Positions 12,721 through 25,959 of a DNA stretch of 64,000 nt are shown piece by piece. Within the stretch, counting starts at the first letter, position 1. Every line of letters starts with the position of its first letter. A program made the translations under genes and the position numbers. Below the pieces are notes generated by a model. That model did not search any database. It was not told the origin of the DNA and was given only the letters and a program-made list of their open reading frames with translations. Origin of the DNA: Vicugna vicugna (taxonomy: Eukaryota); the NCBI GenBank assembly GCA_013265495.1, contig MU058452.1:310001-374000 (forward strand), written 5' to 3'.

Positions 12721-15354
12721 GAAAATCATCCTTTGGTTTGTAGATATCACTGAAAAATACATGATTTCTATGAGAAGTTTCTAGTGGAGGGATCTATACG
12801 ATATGATTTGAGAGGCAGAGAAGTGTGGCTTATTTTGAACACAGCCACACACACGCACACACACAGACACGCATAACGGGGCCACCTGCACGGCCTTGCA
12901 GGCAGCTTGCAAACATCTCTGTGATCTCACCCCGCTACTTGTCAGGAAGAGTGTCCCGGCCACGGCCATGTGCATACTTTACAGGAGCTTAGCATGGAAA
13001 GGACATATTTAACAGTTTATAACTGTCTCGGTGACAGCAAGTTCTAATTTAAAACTCCTGTGTAATACTTGTTAGGAAGTTTTAATATCAAAAGGCCAGC
13101 CAAGGTCTTCTGTGAAAAATTTCTAGACAGTGAAAGAAACTAATCCTTTTCAGTGATGTTTGGCTTCTCCCAGGCACTAGATGATCTTGATTTCATATTT
13201 TATACCCATGGTTTGTTAATGAAATTTTCTCCTTTAAAGAACAACCAGGGAAAGGAAAACTAGCAATACTCCATAATAAATATTTGAGTGAAATTTATGT
13301 CGAATGCAAAAACAACTGCTAAAACGTGAGAGCGCTTTAAAAAAAAAAAACGTGTTTTGCTTTCTTGGGAGACGTCTGCTGACTGTGCTCTTTTATTCGA
13401 GGAGTGAGCTCTCAGGTTGGCATCGGAATGCTCTGTGGATTCACATCTTATGTAAAAGGATTAGCATGGTCCCCGTGCTCTTGGCTCCCCTCCCCAGTTG
13501 AAATGGGCAGCCTCACCCTTGCACCTTTACCTATAAGGAATCCTAGCACTTGCTACAATTACCTTGGAGGTGTGGCCACATGTGAAGACAGGTATCTGCC
13601 TCTCAGTGATCAGATCCTGCTTGGCAAACGGCCATCCGTCTTGTCTCGGGGCAGTACTGGCTTGCACGCCGCAAGAACTACGAAATGCGATAGCCTCCTT
13701 CCGTTGTTGCCTTCTGGGAATATCTTTGTCTCGCTACACAAAGCAAGTATACATAGATCTACACGCACTGAAACAGAAGCATATGTATATGTGTGAATAA
13801 ATGTGAATATGTGCGAATAAAACTGGGCTGACATGCACAGACAATATTCCAGGGAGGTTTTCTTGTTCAAGAATTATTCTTGTAATCCTTCCGTGAACTT
13901 GTGAAAACGGCCTAAAAGATGGCAAACAGTTTTCCAGAATATTTAGTGTTTCTACAGTCGTCTCAAATTACTTGATACCTTGTTAAAAATGAATTTTCTT
14001 TAAACTGAATTACCTGTGCAAACACAACAGGACTATTAATAGGTTGATATCTATAAAGTACTTTTAAGTTATAGGATGCAAGGCAACCGCTATTAAAGGA
14101 CATGATAGATTAATTGTTCCTTTTTAGCATTTATATATGACATGCTATTTTTAATAGAAATATGTCTCTCTGACTTATCTGTTTTTGTCTTAGTGAATCA
14201 TATGCAATGTTGTAAGCTGTCTCAAATATTCTTTGGAAGGAATTTTGTGTGTAGGGGTGGTGAACGGATTGCTGGGGAAAAGTGCAGTAAATAAATACAT
14301 CATATCTGACTTGCATGGGACGCTTCCATTTTTTAGACGATGCATTTGACACCATGTTAGTTCCATGGATGCCACGCATTGATATGATTATCATTTTCTT
14401 TCTTTCTAAATATAATGAAAAATGAGAATAATCTTTAATACTAATGAGTTTGTGTTTAAAAGCATTATTGATTTCTTTGCGCTCAGACCTTGCATTTCTT
14501 TATAATTCATGCTTTACAAAGATTTATTAACAAATATAGTCGAAAATGGATTTTCCAGACACCTATTAAGAGGTGGATGTCAGTCCAGAAGCACATGGCC
14601 TTTTGAAGTTTGTGCTAGGAGAGGCCATGATGATGTTTTTGACCGGGTGATGGGAGTAATGTGCATCTGAGGAATTAAGCCAAGCATTTTTTGGCTATTC
14701 TCTTCCGCGTTGGCAATTTCGTATATGATAAACCATTTCCTTTGTGGGAATCTACCATCGTGTCCTCCTGATCATTCTTTCCGCATTGTGGTGGGTGAAA
14801 TGGAGAGTTGGTTTCAGGGCCAGGCAGTGCCTTCTCCTTCATATACATGCGTTTCCACCTCCTCTCTTCTCTCCCGAGCCTTCCCTGGCCAAACAGCTCC
14901 TCGTGAAACTAAAAGACATCAGAATCAGAGACGTGTTTCTTCAAATAACGACATCATGAAGGACAGAATTCCCACGCACTGTGGCACCTGAGGGTAATCA
15001 GTACCTTCTTCTCAGCTGGGCAAAATACAGATTTCTCCACATGTGGACTAAAGGTCACCCTCAGCCGCCCTTTCCTCCCTTGCTGCTCTGAGCTTTGCGA
15101 GGTCTCTGAAGCCGTCCCTGATGACTCCAGCATGGTCATTCCCTTTCCCTTGCGTTTCTCCAGGATCCACTCCAGGCATCACTGAGCAGTTAGTAATTAC
15201 TGTGATTCTGTTCTGCTACTTTTCCATGTTACTTCCCAGGGTGGGCGTGAGAGTCCCCACACTGGGTGATGACTGTAGCTCCTTGCCTGTGGTAAAGGCT
15301 AACCCGGTTTAACTAGCTAAGTAGGTGATTGAGGTGAGGAGCCAGGGAGAATTA

Positions 15355-15550
15355 ACACTTTTGAGCACTTAATTACTTTCTAGCTACATTGTTAAGCATT
15401 TCACATACGCCCTTTATTATGTTCTCAGCACAGCCCTGTGGGTGGGAGATCTTCCCAATTTATGGATGAAAGCATTGAGGCTCAAAGTGTGGTAACTTGC
15501 CCAGAATCAGCCCACTAGTAAGGAGTGGCTGCACAATCCAGTCCTGTACC
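15355..15550 (-). mobile_element. MIR SINE
   Basis: ttgagcactta...cacagccctgtg...atttatggatgaaagcattgaggctcaaag...taacttgcccagaatc. Confidence 0.75.
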
Positions 15551-15619
15551 ACTGTCCTGTTCACCGTGGAATCATATCGCCTTGATTAAACAATGCTTAA
15601 CACAGTAATTTGCCCATCA

Positions 15620-16265
15620 TTACCCACTCACTGTCAGGTCTACATGGAACAGCCAGAATAATTTGGGTGAAATATAAAATAGGTAACAAAATTACTGGGT
15701 CCAAAATTCATCAGTTCAAAACCCATTCATGGATACTCAGAAAAAAATCCAAACTTCTTAACCCAGCCTACAAGGCTCTGACTCTCTCTCTCTGACCCAC
15801 ATCCTACCCAGATCTCCCCTTGTCTTATGTAGACTGTCCCCAGCCCCAGCCACACTAGCTCGTGTTCCAGTCTTCTAACGTGTCAGGTTGGTTTCTTCCT
15901 TCCTGAAATGGTCTTCCTCCAAGTCATTGCCCGGGTTTCTCCTTCACTTTATTAAGATCTCAGATACAAAACCTCTTCAGAAAGGATTTCTTTGACCTTT
16001 CCTGTCTACAATAGGTCCTTGCTGCTTTTAATCTCTGTCCCATTACCCTGCCTTGATTTGTTTCTGAGAATGTTATCACTACCAGATATCGCTTCATCTT
16101 TGTGTTTGATACTTTCATTGTTGTTGTAGTTTTTGCTTCCACTGCTGACATACAGGCTCTGAAGTTCAAGGACTTTGTCCATCTTACTTCCTTCTGTATA
16201 TCCAGAATCTAGAACAGTAACGGGCACTTAGTAAGTTCTCAGTGAATCAATAAATGAATATTCAA
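15620..16265 (+). mobile_element. L2 LINE 3' fragment
   Basis: aaatccaaacttcttaacccagcctacaaggctctg...ggactttgtc...tccagaatctagaacagt...ggcacttagtaagttctcagtgaatcaataaatgaat. Confidence 0.8.
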
Positions 16266-17434
16266 TAAATTACCATTCTATTAGGGCCATGTTGTCAATC
16301 GAGGGTTGACTTTGATCTTGATGCTGGCTTGGATTGTTCTTTGTCATATTTATAAGGTAGAGAGTCATGTGGGGTGGGGTTCACAGAACCACTATACAGC
16401 TTGAAGATCCAATGAGGACATAGGGTCTAAGGAAGTGTAGTTCCATTTAATGGGAGAGAAGGTTAAGAAATGGATTCTCTATGGAAAGCTTAAGATCTAA
16501 GCTGACTCTCGCATTGCTTAATTCTTCTACATGGGGAATAGATGTCACATTGTGAATCCCCAGGTGCAGAATTCTCAGCATATAAGTAAGGTAAGAAGCC
16601 ACATTATAAGAGAAAACGAATATATGTTGAAAAGTAAACAGTCATTGCTCTACATACTCTATGCATTTTTCCTCTTTTGTCTTCTCTGAGATATATGTTC
16701 TCTTCCCCCCTCTGCAGATAAATCAACTGTCTTAGGGCTGAAGAACTTGCCCAAAGAGACACCTGCTGAGGTTGGTAGAGGGGACATTTGTGAACAAGAC
16801 TGTCAGCTGGGGCACAGAAATCAGCATCTGATCCAGACCCACGTACTTCTTTATCAGATGTCCCCACTCTAGTCACTGTCCCCAAAGTCACATCCCCTTC
16901 TGAAGCCTCCCTCCGCCCCCCAACAACCCACACACAAAGGTGTGCACACAACAAAGCAACCTCAAATCTGTGGAGGACAGCCAAGGATTTGAGGCTGAGT
17001 CTTCCCGTGCCAAGTTCTCCCCCGCTAAGCTGGGAATATAACACCTCCTCTGGCTCCCGTAAAGCTTCAAGACAAATCTTAAACCAGATACACTCCTTTT
17101 AATCCTATTGTTACTGTCTTGTGTGGTGCCAGAGTAAAGAAGGGACATGCTTTTAAAATGGGGACTTTAAGAAGATATAAGTAGGGTATACAAAACATAC
17201 ACTTAGAGCAATTCCCAGAGGGCTTAAGGCATGCTCTCGCCCAGCCACACTTCCGCCTTCCCAGCACACCCTTCCTGCGCAGTAATAAGTAAATAACACG
17301 CCAGCGAGCAACACTGTCCTCTGTCTTCTTTCAAGAGCACAATATAACCAAAAGTTTGGTTGTTTCTTTTTTTCTTTTTCCTGTGGGAAGGAAGTACGCC
17401 TCCTTTGAGTCAGACCCGGGGGCAGTCCCTTTAT

Positions 17435-17590
17435 GTATATTATTTTATTTATCTTTATCATAGCCCCTCAAAGGCAGGCATTCATGCCGAACAGACTGCA
17501 GCTCAGAGAGATGAGTTTATTTAATATCAAACAGCTAGTAAGTAGCTCGACTGGGATTTGGCTTCAAATCGGATGACTCTAGCACCCCAA
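17435..17590 (-). mobile_element. MIR SINE fragment
   Basis: actgcagctcagagag...acagctagtaagtagc...ctgggatttg. Confidence 0.5.
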
Positions 17591-19659
17591 TTTTTTTTCA
17601 CTTTCTTCTGTATGCAGTAAGAATAAACAAAGATGTGGGGGACAGTTGGGCAGAGAAAAGTAACTGCAACTGGTTATTATAATAATGAGAGCTCAGATTG
17701 ATTTTTTTTTTCCAAAAGGCAGGGAGTAATAAAGATGGCTGCACTGGGCACACGTGATATGACCGTGACACGGGTTGGAAGGTGGATATCTTTGTATCGT
17801 ACCTGCCGCCTGACCCACTCATGCAGGTCAGCAACAGCACAGCAATCCAGCAATGAAGTGCCTGCCAGGAGGCAGCCTGTGTGCAGTTCCGAGCTCTCTG
17901 GCTGGGCGAGGGGACTTCCTGGTGAGCAAAGCTAACAGCTGATGAATTAGGGCTTTTTACCAGCAGGAGTTCCAGGCCCTTTCATTTCTGAGGTAAAACC
18001 ACCAAATACCAACTCAGTCATGTCAGTGCCGTGACAGCCCTTTGCCTACACAGTGACATGGGATTTCTGGGGAGAAAGCTGGAAAGTAGCGGATGTGAAA
18101 TAAATGTTCATCAAAGCACATAGAATAAAATAGTTCATTCTTTTTCAAAATGACCTGTGGATAGCAACAGGGACCTGAACTGTACAGAATGCTGAGAACT
18201 TGGTTAAGTCCGTTGCACGATTTCTCAAATCTACACGCCTCCCAGAATCAAGCAGCCACCAACAGGGAAATTCACCTTCCAAACGGCCACTGTGGAATAT
18301 CAAGTACGTTGATGACATGGAAAATCAGGACACAATGTCCACCCCTGAACGCTTCTAGATTCAGACTGACAACCTGAGGACATAACTTACAGATTCACTT
18401 CTACCTCGATTTTTAAATGAGAGCTATTTGAGGCATTAAAAAAAAAACCCACCCATTTTCTGCCCCCATATTTCTTATGAGATGAATAAGCTTAGATATG
18501 AATTTGATTCTGATGCTGGCATAAAGAACCATTGCAAATGTCTCGTAGGTCAAACTTTAGAGTTTAGTCTTTTTTATTCCCCCCTCAACTTCTTGCAATA
18601 CGCTTCACCAGGCTAGAACTTTAAAACGTGATTTGATACTATCATTTGCCGTAACTGCTGAATCTGAGTGATTCCTCGGATGGAAGTCTGCACACTTCTT
18701 AATACCAAACGTAGAGATGCTAAAATGACAACCCTCGGGTCAGATATTAAAATGTACAACCTCTCCGACTCTTGTAATGCTTGGCTGATAAGCAGTTATT
18801 GTCCTGAAAGCCAGTCATTGGAGTTGAAAGATAAATATTATTCCATATCTTATTGAATAAAATATATTATATCACAGATGATGGAGACAGATTGACTCAG
18901 TAAATTCTAATAGTGTATGCTGAGAAATAGTGGTAATAAAAATGCCGATGCCTTGACACAGGGAGAATATTGAATGTCATTAACATGCTGTTTCCTCCGC
19001 TCTGATCTCCCCGTCATGTTCTTCACACCGTTACAATCTCTAGCAGTGGATTTTTCTTTGCTTTATCTGTGTGAGAAAAAAATAGCATTTTCTTAGTGCT
19101 TTAAATTATCTGCTACTCCGCTGATGGCAGACATGAGACAGTAGCCTAAACACAGAAAATTAATACAGGATTTTCTATTCAGCAATACCACCAGCCTGTA
19201 TTGGAGCCTGCTGCAAAACTCTGAGATGTCATCATGTCACAGTCATTTGGTCCTTCCAGAAAGTTTTGTCCAAAGTCTCATTTGTGCTAATTTTGATTAA
19301 CTGAATTAGTGGAATCATGAGTCAGAACTGACTTTTTGGATTTTACCTTAGAAGAATTTAGTTATGTGGATGTGATTTCTAAGGTACAAGTAATGGAAAT
19401 TTTAAAGTTTGTTTTAACCCCAGCTGTTTTTGTATATTATTTGGGATAGACAGTCAGCAGACAAAATACGCTAACAGAATTTAACTTTTGATTCACAACC
19501 TTTAAAGTGATATAAAAGATGAGTGTTGTTAAAAGAGTGGTAACTAGCCATTAACGAGTAAATCCCCTCTGTGGGGACATTTCATGGGCTCTATCGTAGG
19601 AGTCCCTACTTCAGTTACGCCCAGGCTTCTTTTCAGAGTTCTGGATGAAATGACCTTGG

Positions 19660-20110
19660 GTGACGTGGATCCTTAAATTGCCCACAAATATCCCAAATTC
19701 AAAGATACCTTGAACTGAAATCATCCACATAAATCTTTCTTCTGCTTCCTGTCTTCTTTATTTCAGTGAGTAACAACACTGCCTAACTGTACCCTAAACC
19801 AGACTTTCACATCATCTTTGTCCTCTTCTTCCCCCAAAGCCTCCAGAAGCAAGCAGTTACCAAAGATATAGGTGTTCCTTTCTGACTGTGTTTAGAATCT
19901 ATCCAGTTCTCCAAATCCTGACTGTTTCTGTCTTAGTTCAGATCAGTATCATCTCACCCTGAGATTGTTGCAATAATCTCTTAACTCTTCTTCCATCTTC
20001 CAAACTGCTCCCACCTCCAACCCCCAAACTCTCATTCATTCTCCTCATTGTGACAAATCTGACCATGCCTTATCTCAGTGGAAATCCCTTCAATGGTTCC
20101 TCTCCATCAG
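19660..20110 (+). mobile_element. L2 LINE fragment
   Basis: Pyrimidine-rich L2 body: catcatctttgtcctcttc...atcatctcaccctgagattgttgcaataatctcttaact...aaatcccttcaatggttcc. Confidence 0.7.
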
Positions 20111-20176
20111 CAGGAGGACCTCCAATGCTTCTTGCTTTTAAAGGCAGGAATGGGGTCTGTTTTAATTGCTACTTTA

Positions 20177-20723
20177 TATATAGGAGCTAATATTTACAAA
20201 TTTCAACCTCTCAAATTTATCCCTTTCCACCCCCTTTCCCAGGGACCAAAAAGATTATTTACTATGTCTGTGAGTTGTTTCTGTTGTATAAATGAGTTCA
20301 TAGTATCCTTTTTTCTTCTTTTTTTCTTTTTTCCCTCTTTTTTCCCCCTTTTTTAAGATTTCACATATGAGCGATATCATATGGTATTTTTCTTTCTCTT
20401 TCTGGTTTACTTCACTTAGAATGACAATCTCTAGGTCCATCCTTGTTGCTGCAAATAGCATTATTTTATCCTTTTTTATGGCCGAGTAGTATTCCATTGT
20501 ATAACTATACCACAAATGTTAGCCACTATATATAAAAATAGATTTTAAAAAAAGTTTCTTCTGTATAGCATAGGGAACTATATTCAGTATCTTGTAATAA
20601 CCTTTAATGAAAAAGAATATGAAAATGAATATATGTATGTATATGCATGACTGACTGGGACATTGTGCTGTACACCAGAAATTGACACTTTGACTGTACT
20701 TCAATTAAACTAAAATAGAATAA
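20177..20723. mobile_element. 5'-inverted (twin-primed) L1 insertion: 20177-20515 on minus, about 20515-20723 on plus
   Basis: The minus part encodes the ORF2p C-terminus (WYSYTMEYYSAIKKDKIMLFAATRMDLEIVILSEVNQKEKEKYHMISLICEI). The plus part is the distal 3' UTR. TSD ttaatt(g/a)ctacttta at 20162-20176 and 20724-20738. Confidence 0.9.
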
Positions 20724-22384
20724 TTAATTACTACTTTAAGTCAATAACTGAGCTATCAAAATATTTCCTCTTCAAAATGAGACTACCTTGAGAACCTCCA
20801 ATGGTGACTTTAAAGTCAGGCACGTCTGGTGCTGGTGGGTTTCAAACCACCCTGCTCACGCACTGTCACTCACACCTTCATCACTTAGAAGAACACCCTG
20901 GGATGCTTTGGTGGTCACAGTGAGCAGGCGAATTCCTTTTTTTTTTTTCCTTAAACTTATTTATTCAAGCTCAAAGTTGACTATTGGTTAAAGAAAGGAA
21001 GCCTAGAAGACCGAAGTTATAAGTTAACAAGCAGTATGAGAATCATGCAATGAGCATCAATGTATCTATAATGTTGAATTCACCCATTGACAATATGTAT
21101 AAACTATGGCAAGATACCTTCAGTAATCAAAAGATGTCTCCAGGAATCTAGTAATCAAAATCAAAGGTTAGAAAAAAAAAATACAGTAAAATTTTTCTGT
21201 GTATCTTTTAAAAATTTTGCCTTTTATTCATTGGTAATAAAATACTCTAAGTGCACCCATATTATTTTATTTGTTGAATAGTGCCTGCTTTTAGCATCCT
21301 AAAGCTCATATTTAGAAGCAAATTATAATATTCATGAAATAAATTAACTAGTGTGTGTATGTGTGTTTGTGTGCGTGTAGGTGTGTGTGAGAGGGACAGA
21401 GAGGCAAAGAAATTTCAAAATTCCAGAATGCCAATTAGTCCAAGGAAACAGTTTTTATCTACTCCTTCTGTTATAAGAAATGATTCACTTTCAATCTACA
21501 TTTTATTTCATATGCAGTACAAAAAAATTACGTGGTGTATATCATCTTGATAATTATTTGTTAACAATTTTTCACATCATTAATTTTCAGGTAAATAACA
21601 AGAGTAGCATTTGTTCTAGGAGATAGAGCATTTAATATATAAATTAATATATAATTATATTTAATATATAAATTACATGCAATTGCTGTTGAGAATAATT
21701 ATAACAAGACATTGAAGAGGGATCTTGTCTGTCTCCTTTTTGGCCAGGGACCCAATGGTCGAGATAAAACATAATGTTCCAAAAAATGTCCCAGCCTAAA
21801 GGGAAAAGAGCTGGGTCTACCATGGCCGGATACACCAAAACACCAGAATTATTGATAACCCACTTTCAAGCCATAAGGGTAGAGATTGATGAGACAAAGA
21901 AGGAGCACATCTTTCAGGAGTCTGCAGAGGTGTTTTTCTTATCTTTGAGCGATTGAGGGAAAAGTCTTCAAGTGACCTACTTCTTAGAATTTTTTTGGTG
22001 CCTCACCATCATCTAGAGAAGTCTGAAGGCAAATTCAGGGACATCCCACAACTTCTGCAGATAACTCTGCTGGTGTGGATTTCCCAAGTACCAAATATGG
22101 GCCCTTTGTGAGGAACCTTGCTGGAAACTTATTAAAAAAACACCACTTGCGAAGGTCACCTAGGCAGGTGAAGAGACCCAGGGGAGGATGGACAATTTAC
22201 TTCCTGAAATAAGATTGCTTCTTATGACTAGAGAGGACTGGATAGCATCATCTAAGAGTGGGGAATGACTAGTCTTCAGAGCAAGTGGTGAAGAGAATGA
22301 AATTACTTTCTGCTTGGACCTAATAAAGTCCAGCTTGATCGATTAAGTAATGATAACTACTAAGAATTTTGTGCTTATTTGTGG

Positions 22385-23400
22385 CTAGATTTTATGTAAC
22401 TGAGATTCCCCAGGAAGCAATGAACCAAAGATTTGTGGACTGGAAGCATACTGGGACGCACTCCTAGGATTCACACTTGTGGAAGCATCAAGGAATCAGG
22501 ATTTGACAGAAGTAGGTATTAGACTGTGAGGCGTACATAGCGTAGGTCTTAGATGGGCTGGGATCATGCCGCAGAGTTGTCCCAAATCAAAGCAAAGAAC
22601 TGAGCTTCTAATATAGACCAAGCATTGCATGTGGTTAACCCAGGGAAGGGCACATGAACTTGGATGGGGCAGCACTCTTCAGTCTAGGAAGCTCACCAGG
22701 TCAAAGTCAGGGTATTTCTGTTGAGTCGTCGGCACCGCCAATGGCTGGGAAAATATAAGTGATGCAATCCCGAAGAGTTGTGCTTGGCACGTCACAGCAT
22801 CCCTTACAGTCTATGCCTTGTACTACTAAGATCTACTTGCTTATATAAATTTGAGGATCACTTTTTTTTTAGAATTATGGAAGCCTCCTTCCCTGAAGGA
22901 ACTTACAAGAAGACGTTCTCTGCCCCCACACTGAAGCTGCTCATGAAGTATAATCAGTATCCATTATTTCATTCTGCTACTATTTCTAGATGTCCTTCAT
23001 CTTTGGATGACCCCTTTGTGGGTCTAGGTAGCTTACCTGGGGAGTAGGGTAAAAGGATTCTCATTTGTGAAGAGTGTGAGCACATGGTCACCATGCCCTT
23101 CTCAGCTCTGGCTGCTGCACTTGCCCATTTGCTGTCAAAATTCAGCCCAAGAATATTAAGACATCCCTAAGATGTTACCAAACTTATTTCAACCCCCCCG
23201 CCCCATTGTGCAAATGCGTATCAATTACACCAGCCAGGATGGCGGGGATTCCTCTCCTTACCTGTAGCTCTCTCGGCATATTTTCCAACCCCTGGCACAT
23301 CTAATACCATACTGTCTGCCAGGTCTCATGGTCCAAATGGCAATGTTGCTAATACCACAGCCTGAGTTGGCTGCAGACCTCTTTCCTTCTCTAGGCCCTT
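22385..23400 (-). mobile_element. LTR16-like ERVL 3' LTR (about 22385-22808) plus adjacent internal sequence
   Basis: gattccccaggaagc...agatttgtg is the reverse complement of an LTR16 end. On minus, gtagtacaaggcatagac|tgt at about 22808 resembles the ERVL polypurine tract/LTR junction. Confidence 0.6.
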
Positions 23401-23554
23401 CAAAAAGCTGAACTTATAAAATATTGTGTGTTTTGTTATTTATACCTAAATTCATGTATAACGTAATATGAAGACAGTAGATAAAACGACACAGCTTGTC
23501 TCCAGAACCATGTTCTTAACACTTAACAGTGGATGTTGGGAAAGACCACATATG

Positions 23555-25957
23555 CAGGCATAGCTCAGAGATGCTGCAGATTTGGTTTCAGACCACTGCG
23601 AGAAAACAGCTATTGCAATAAAGTGAGTAACACAAAATTTTGGTTTTCCAGTGCATATAAAAGTTATATTTACACTATCCTGTAGTTTATTAAGTGTACA
23701 ATAGCATTATGTTAAAAATATACATACCTTAATTATAACATACTTTATTGTTAAAAAATGGTAACCATCATTTGAGCTTTCAGTGAATCACGATCTTTTG
23801 GCTGATGGAGGGTCTTGCCTCAATGTTGATGGCAGTTGACTGATCAGGGTTGCGTAAAGTTGTTTAAGGTTGAGGTGACTGCAAAAATTCTTTAAGACAA
23901 CAGTGAAGTGTGCCATGGAAGTTGAGTCTTCCATTCATGAACTATTTCTCTGTTGCATGTAATGCCATTTGATAGCACTTTACCCACAGTAGGACTTCGT
24001 TCAAAATGAGAGTCAATCTTCTCAAACCCGTCCATCCCTTTATGAGCTACGTTGATGTCATTCTCTAAATCCTTTGTTGTCATTTCAACAGTCTTCACAG
24101 TATCTTCCTCAGGAGTATATTCCATCTCAAGAAATCACTTTCTTTGCTCATCAGTAAGAAGCAACTCCATGTCTGTTAAAGTTTCATCATAAAATTACAA
24201 CAATTCAATCACATCTCCAGGCTCCATTTCTAATTCTAGTTATCTTGCTATTTCTACCACATCTGCAGTTGCTTCCCCCGCTTAAATCTTAAACCTCTCA
24301 AATTCATCCATGAGAGTTGAAATCAACTTCTTCCAAACTCCTGTTAATGTTGCTATTCTGACCTCTTCCTGTGAATCACAAATGTTCCTAATGGCATCTA
24401 AAACGCTGAATCCTTTCCTGAAGGTTTTCAATGTAATTTGCCAAGATCCATCAGTGGAATCATTATTTATGGTAGCTATAGCCTTCCAAAATGTATTTCT
24501 TAAATAACAAGAGTTGGAAGTTGAAAATACTCCTTGATCCATGGGCTGCAGAATGGATGTGTTAGCAGGCATGTAAACAACATTAACCTCTTTGTACATA
24601 TCTACCAGAGCTCTTGGGTAACCAGGTGCATTGCCAATGAGCAGAAATATTTTGGAGAGGAACCTTTTTTTCTGAGCAGTAGTTCTCAAAAGTGGGCTTA
24701 AAATATTCAGTAAACCATGTTGTAAACATCTGTGCTGTCATGCAGGCTTTGTCATTCCATTTGTAGAGCACAGGTAGAGTAGATTTAGAGTCCCCAATTC
24801 TTAAAAGCCCTAGGATTTTTCAGAATAGTCAGTGAGAACTGGCTTTAACTTAAAGTCACCAGCTGCTGTAGCCCCTAACAGGAGAGTCAGCCTGTCCTTT
24901 GAAGCTTTGAAGCCAGGCATTGACTTCTCCTCTCTAGCTATGAAAGACCTACATGACATCTTATTCCAACGTAAGGCTATTTCTTCTACACTGAAAATCT
25001 GTTGTTTAGTGAAACCACCTTCATTCATATCAGAGCTAGATCTTCTGGATAACTTGCAGCTTCTACATCAGCTCTTGGTGCCTCACCTTGCACATTCATG
25101 TTACAGAGACTGTCTTTTCTGACACCTTATGAATCAACCTCTACTAGCTTCACATTTTTCTTCTGTAGTTTCCTCACCTCTCTCAGCTTTCATAGGATTG
25201 AAAAGAGTTGGAGCCTTGCTCTGGGTTAGGGTTTGATTTAAGGGATTATTGTGGCTGGTTTAATCTTCTATCCACACCACTTAAATTTTCTCCCTATCAG
25301 AAATTAGGCTGTTTTGCTTTCTTATCATCCATCTGTTCACTGTCATAGTACTTCTAATTCCTTCAAGAACTCTCCCTTTGCATTCACAACTTGACTGACT
25401 TTTTGGTGCTAGCAGCCTAGCTTTCTTACTATCTCAGTTCAATTTGCCATGCCTTCTTCAGTAAGCTTAATTATTTCCAGTTCTTGATTTAAAGTGAGAG
25501 ATGTGTGATTCTTCCTTTCACTTGAGAGGCCATTGTAGGCTTATTAACTGGCCTAATTTAAATGTTGCTCTGTCTCAGGAAACAGGGAGATCGGTGGAGA
25601 GGGAAAATGATAGGGGAACAGCCAGCCGGTGAAACAGTCAGAACACACACAACATTTATCTGTCAAGTTCACTGTCTTATCAGGGTACAGTTGGTGGGAC
25701 CCCCAAAACAATTACAATCACAACATCAAAGATCGCAGGTCACCATAGCAGATGCAATAATAGTGCAACAGGTTGAAGTATTGTGGGAATTACCAAAATG
25801 TGACACAGGGACACAAAATGAGCAAACGCAGTTGGAAAAATGGTACTGATAGACTTGTTCCTCACAGAGTTGCCTCAAACCTTCAATTCATAAAAAAAAA
25901 AATACAATCATTTTCAAAGCACAATAAAGCCACGCACAATAAATGGAGGTCTGCCTG
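23555..25957 (-). mobile_element. Full-length Tigger1 (TcMar-Tigger/pogo) DNA transposon, about 2.4 kb
   Basis: TIRs caggcatagctc / gaggtctgcctg, flanked by TG and TA (a decayed TA duplication). Length 2403 bp. Transposase fragments lie on minus. Confidence 0.95.
23892..25480 (-). pseudogene. Disrupted Tigger1 transposase (DDE domain fragments)
   Basis: ORF pieces in different frames: [76 protein letters not shown]...MPANTSILQPMDQGV and EEDTVKTVEMTTKDLE. Multiple stops and frameshifts. The 5' limit is approximate. Confidence 0.9.
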
Positions 25958-25959
25958 TA

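Noticed and set aside
16604..17044. 146-aa ORF, and similar non-ATG ORFs at 13404-13796 and 57752-58177
   Set aside because: Non-ATG starts, no recognisable domain, and lengths compatible with chance or L1 antisense sequence.
24282..24689. 135-aa transposase ORF as a domesticated TIGD gene
   Set aside because: It is a fragment of a frameshifted Tigger1 with intact TIRs and degenerate catalytic motifs.
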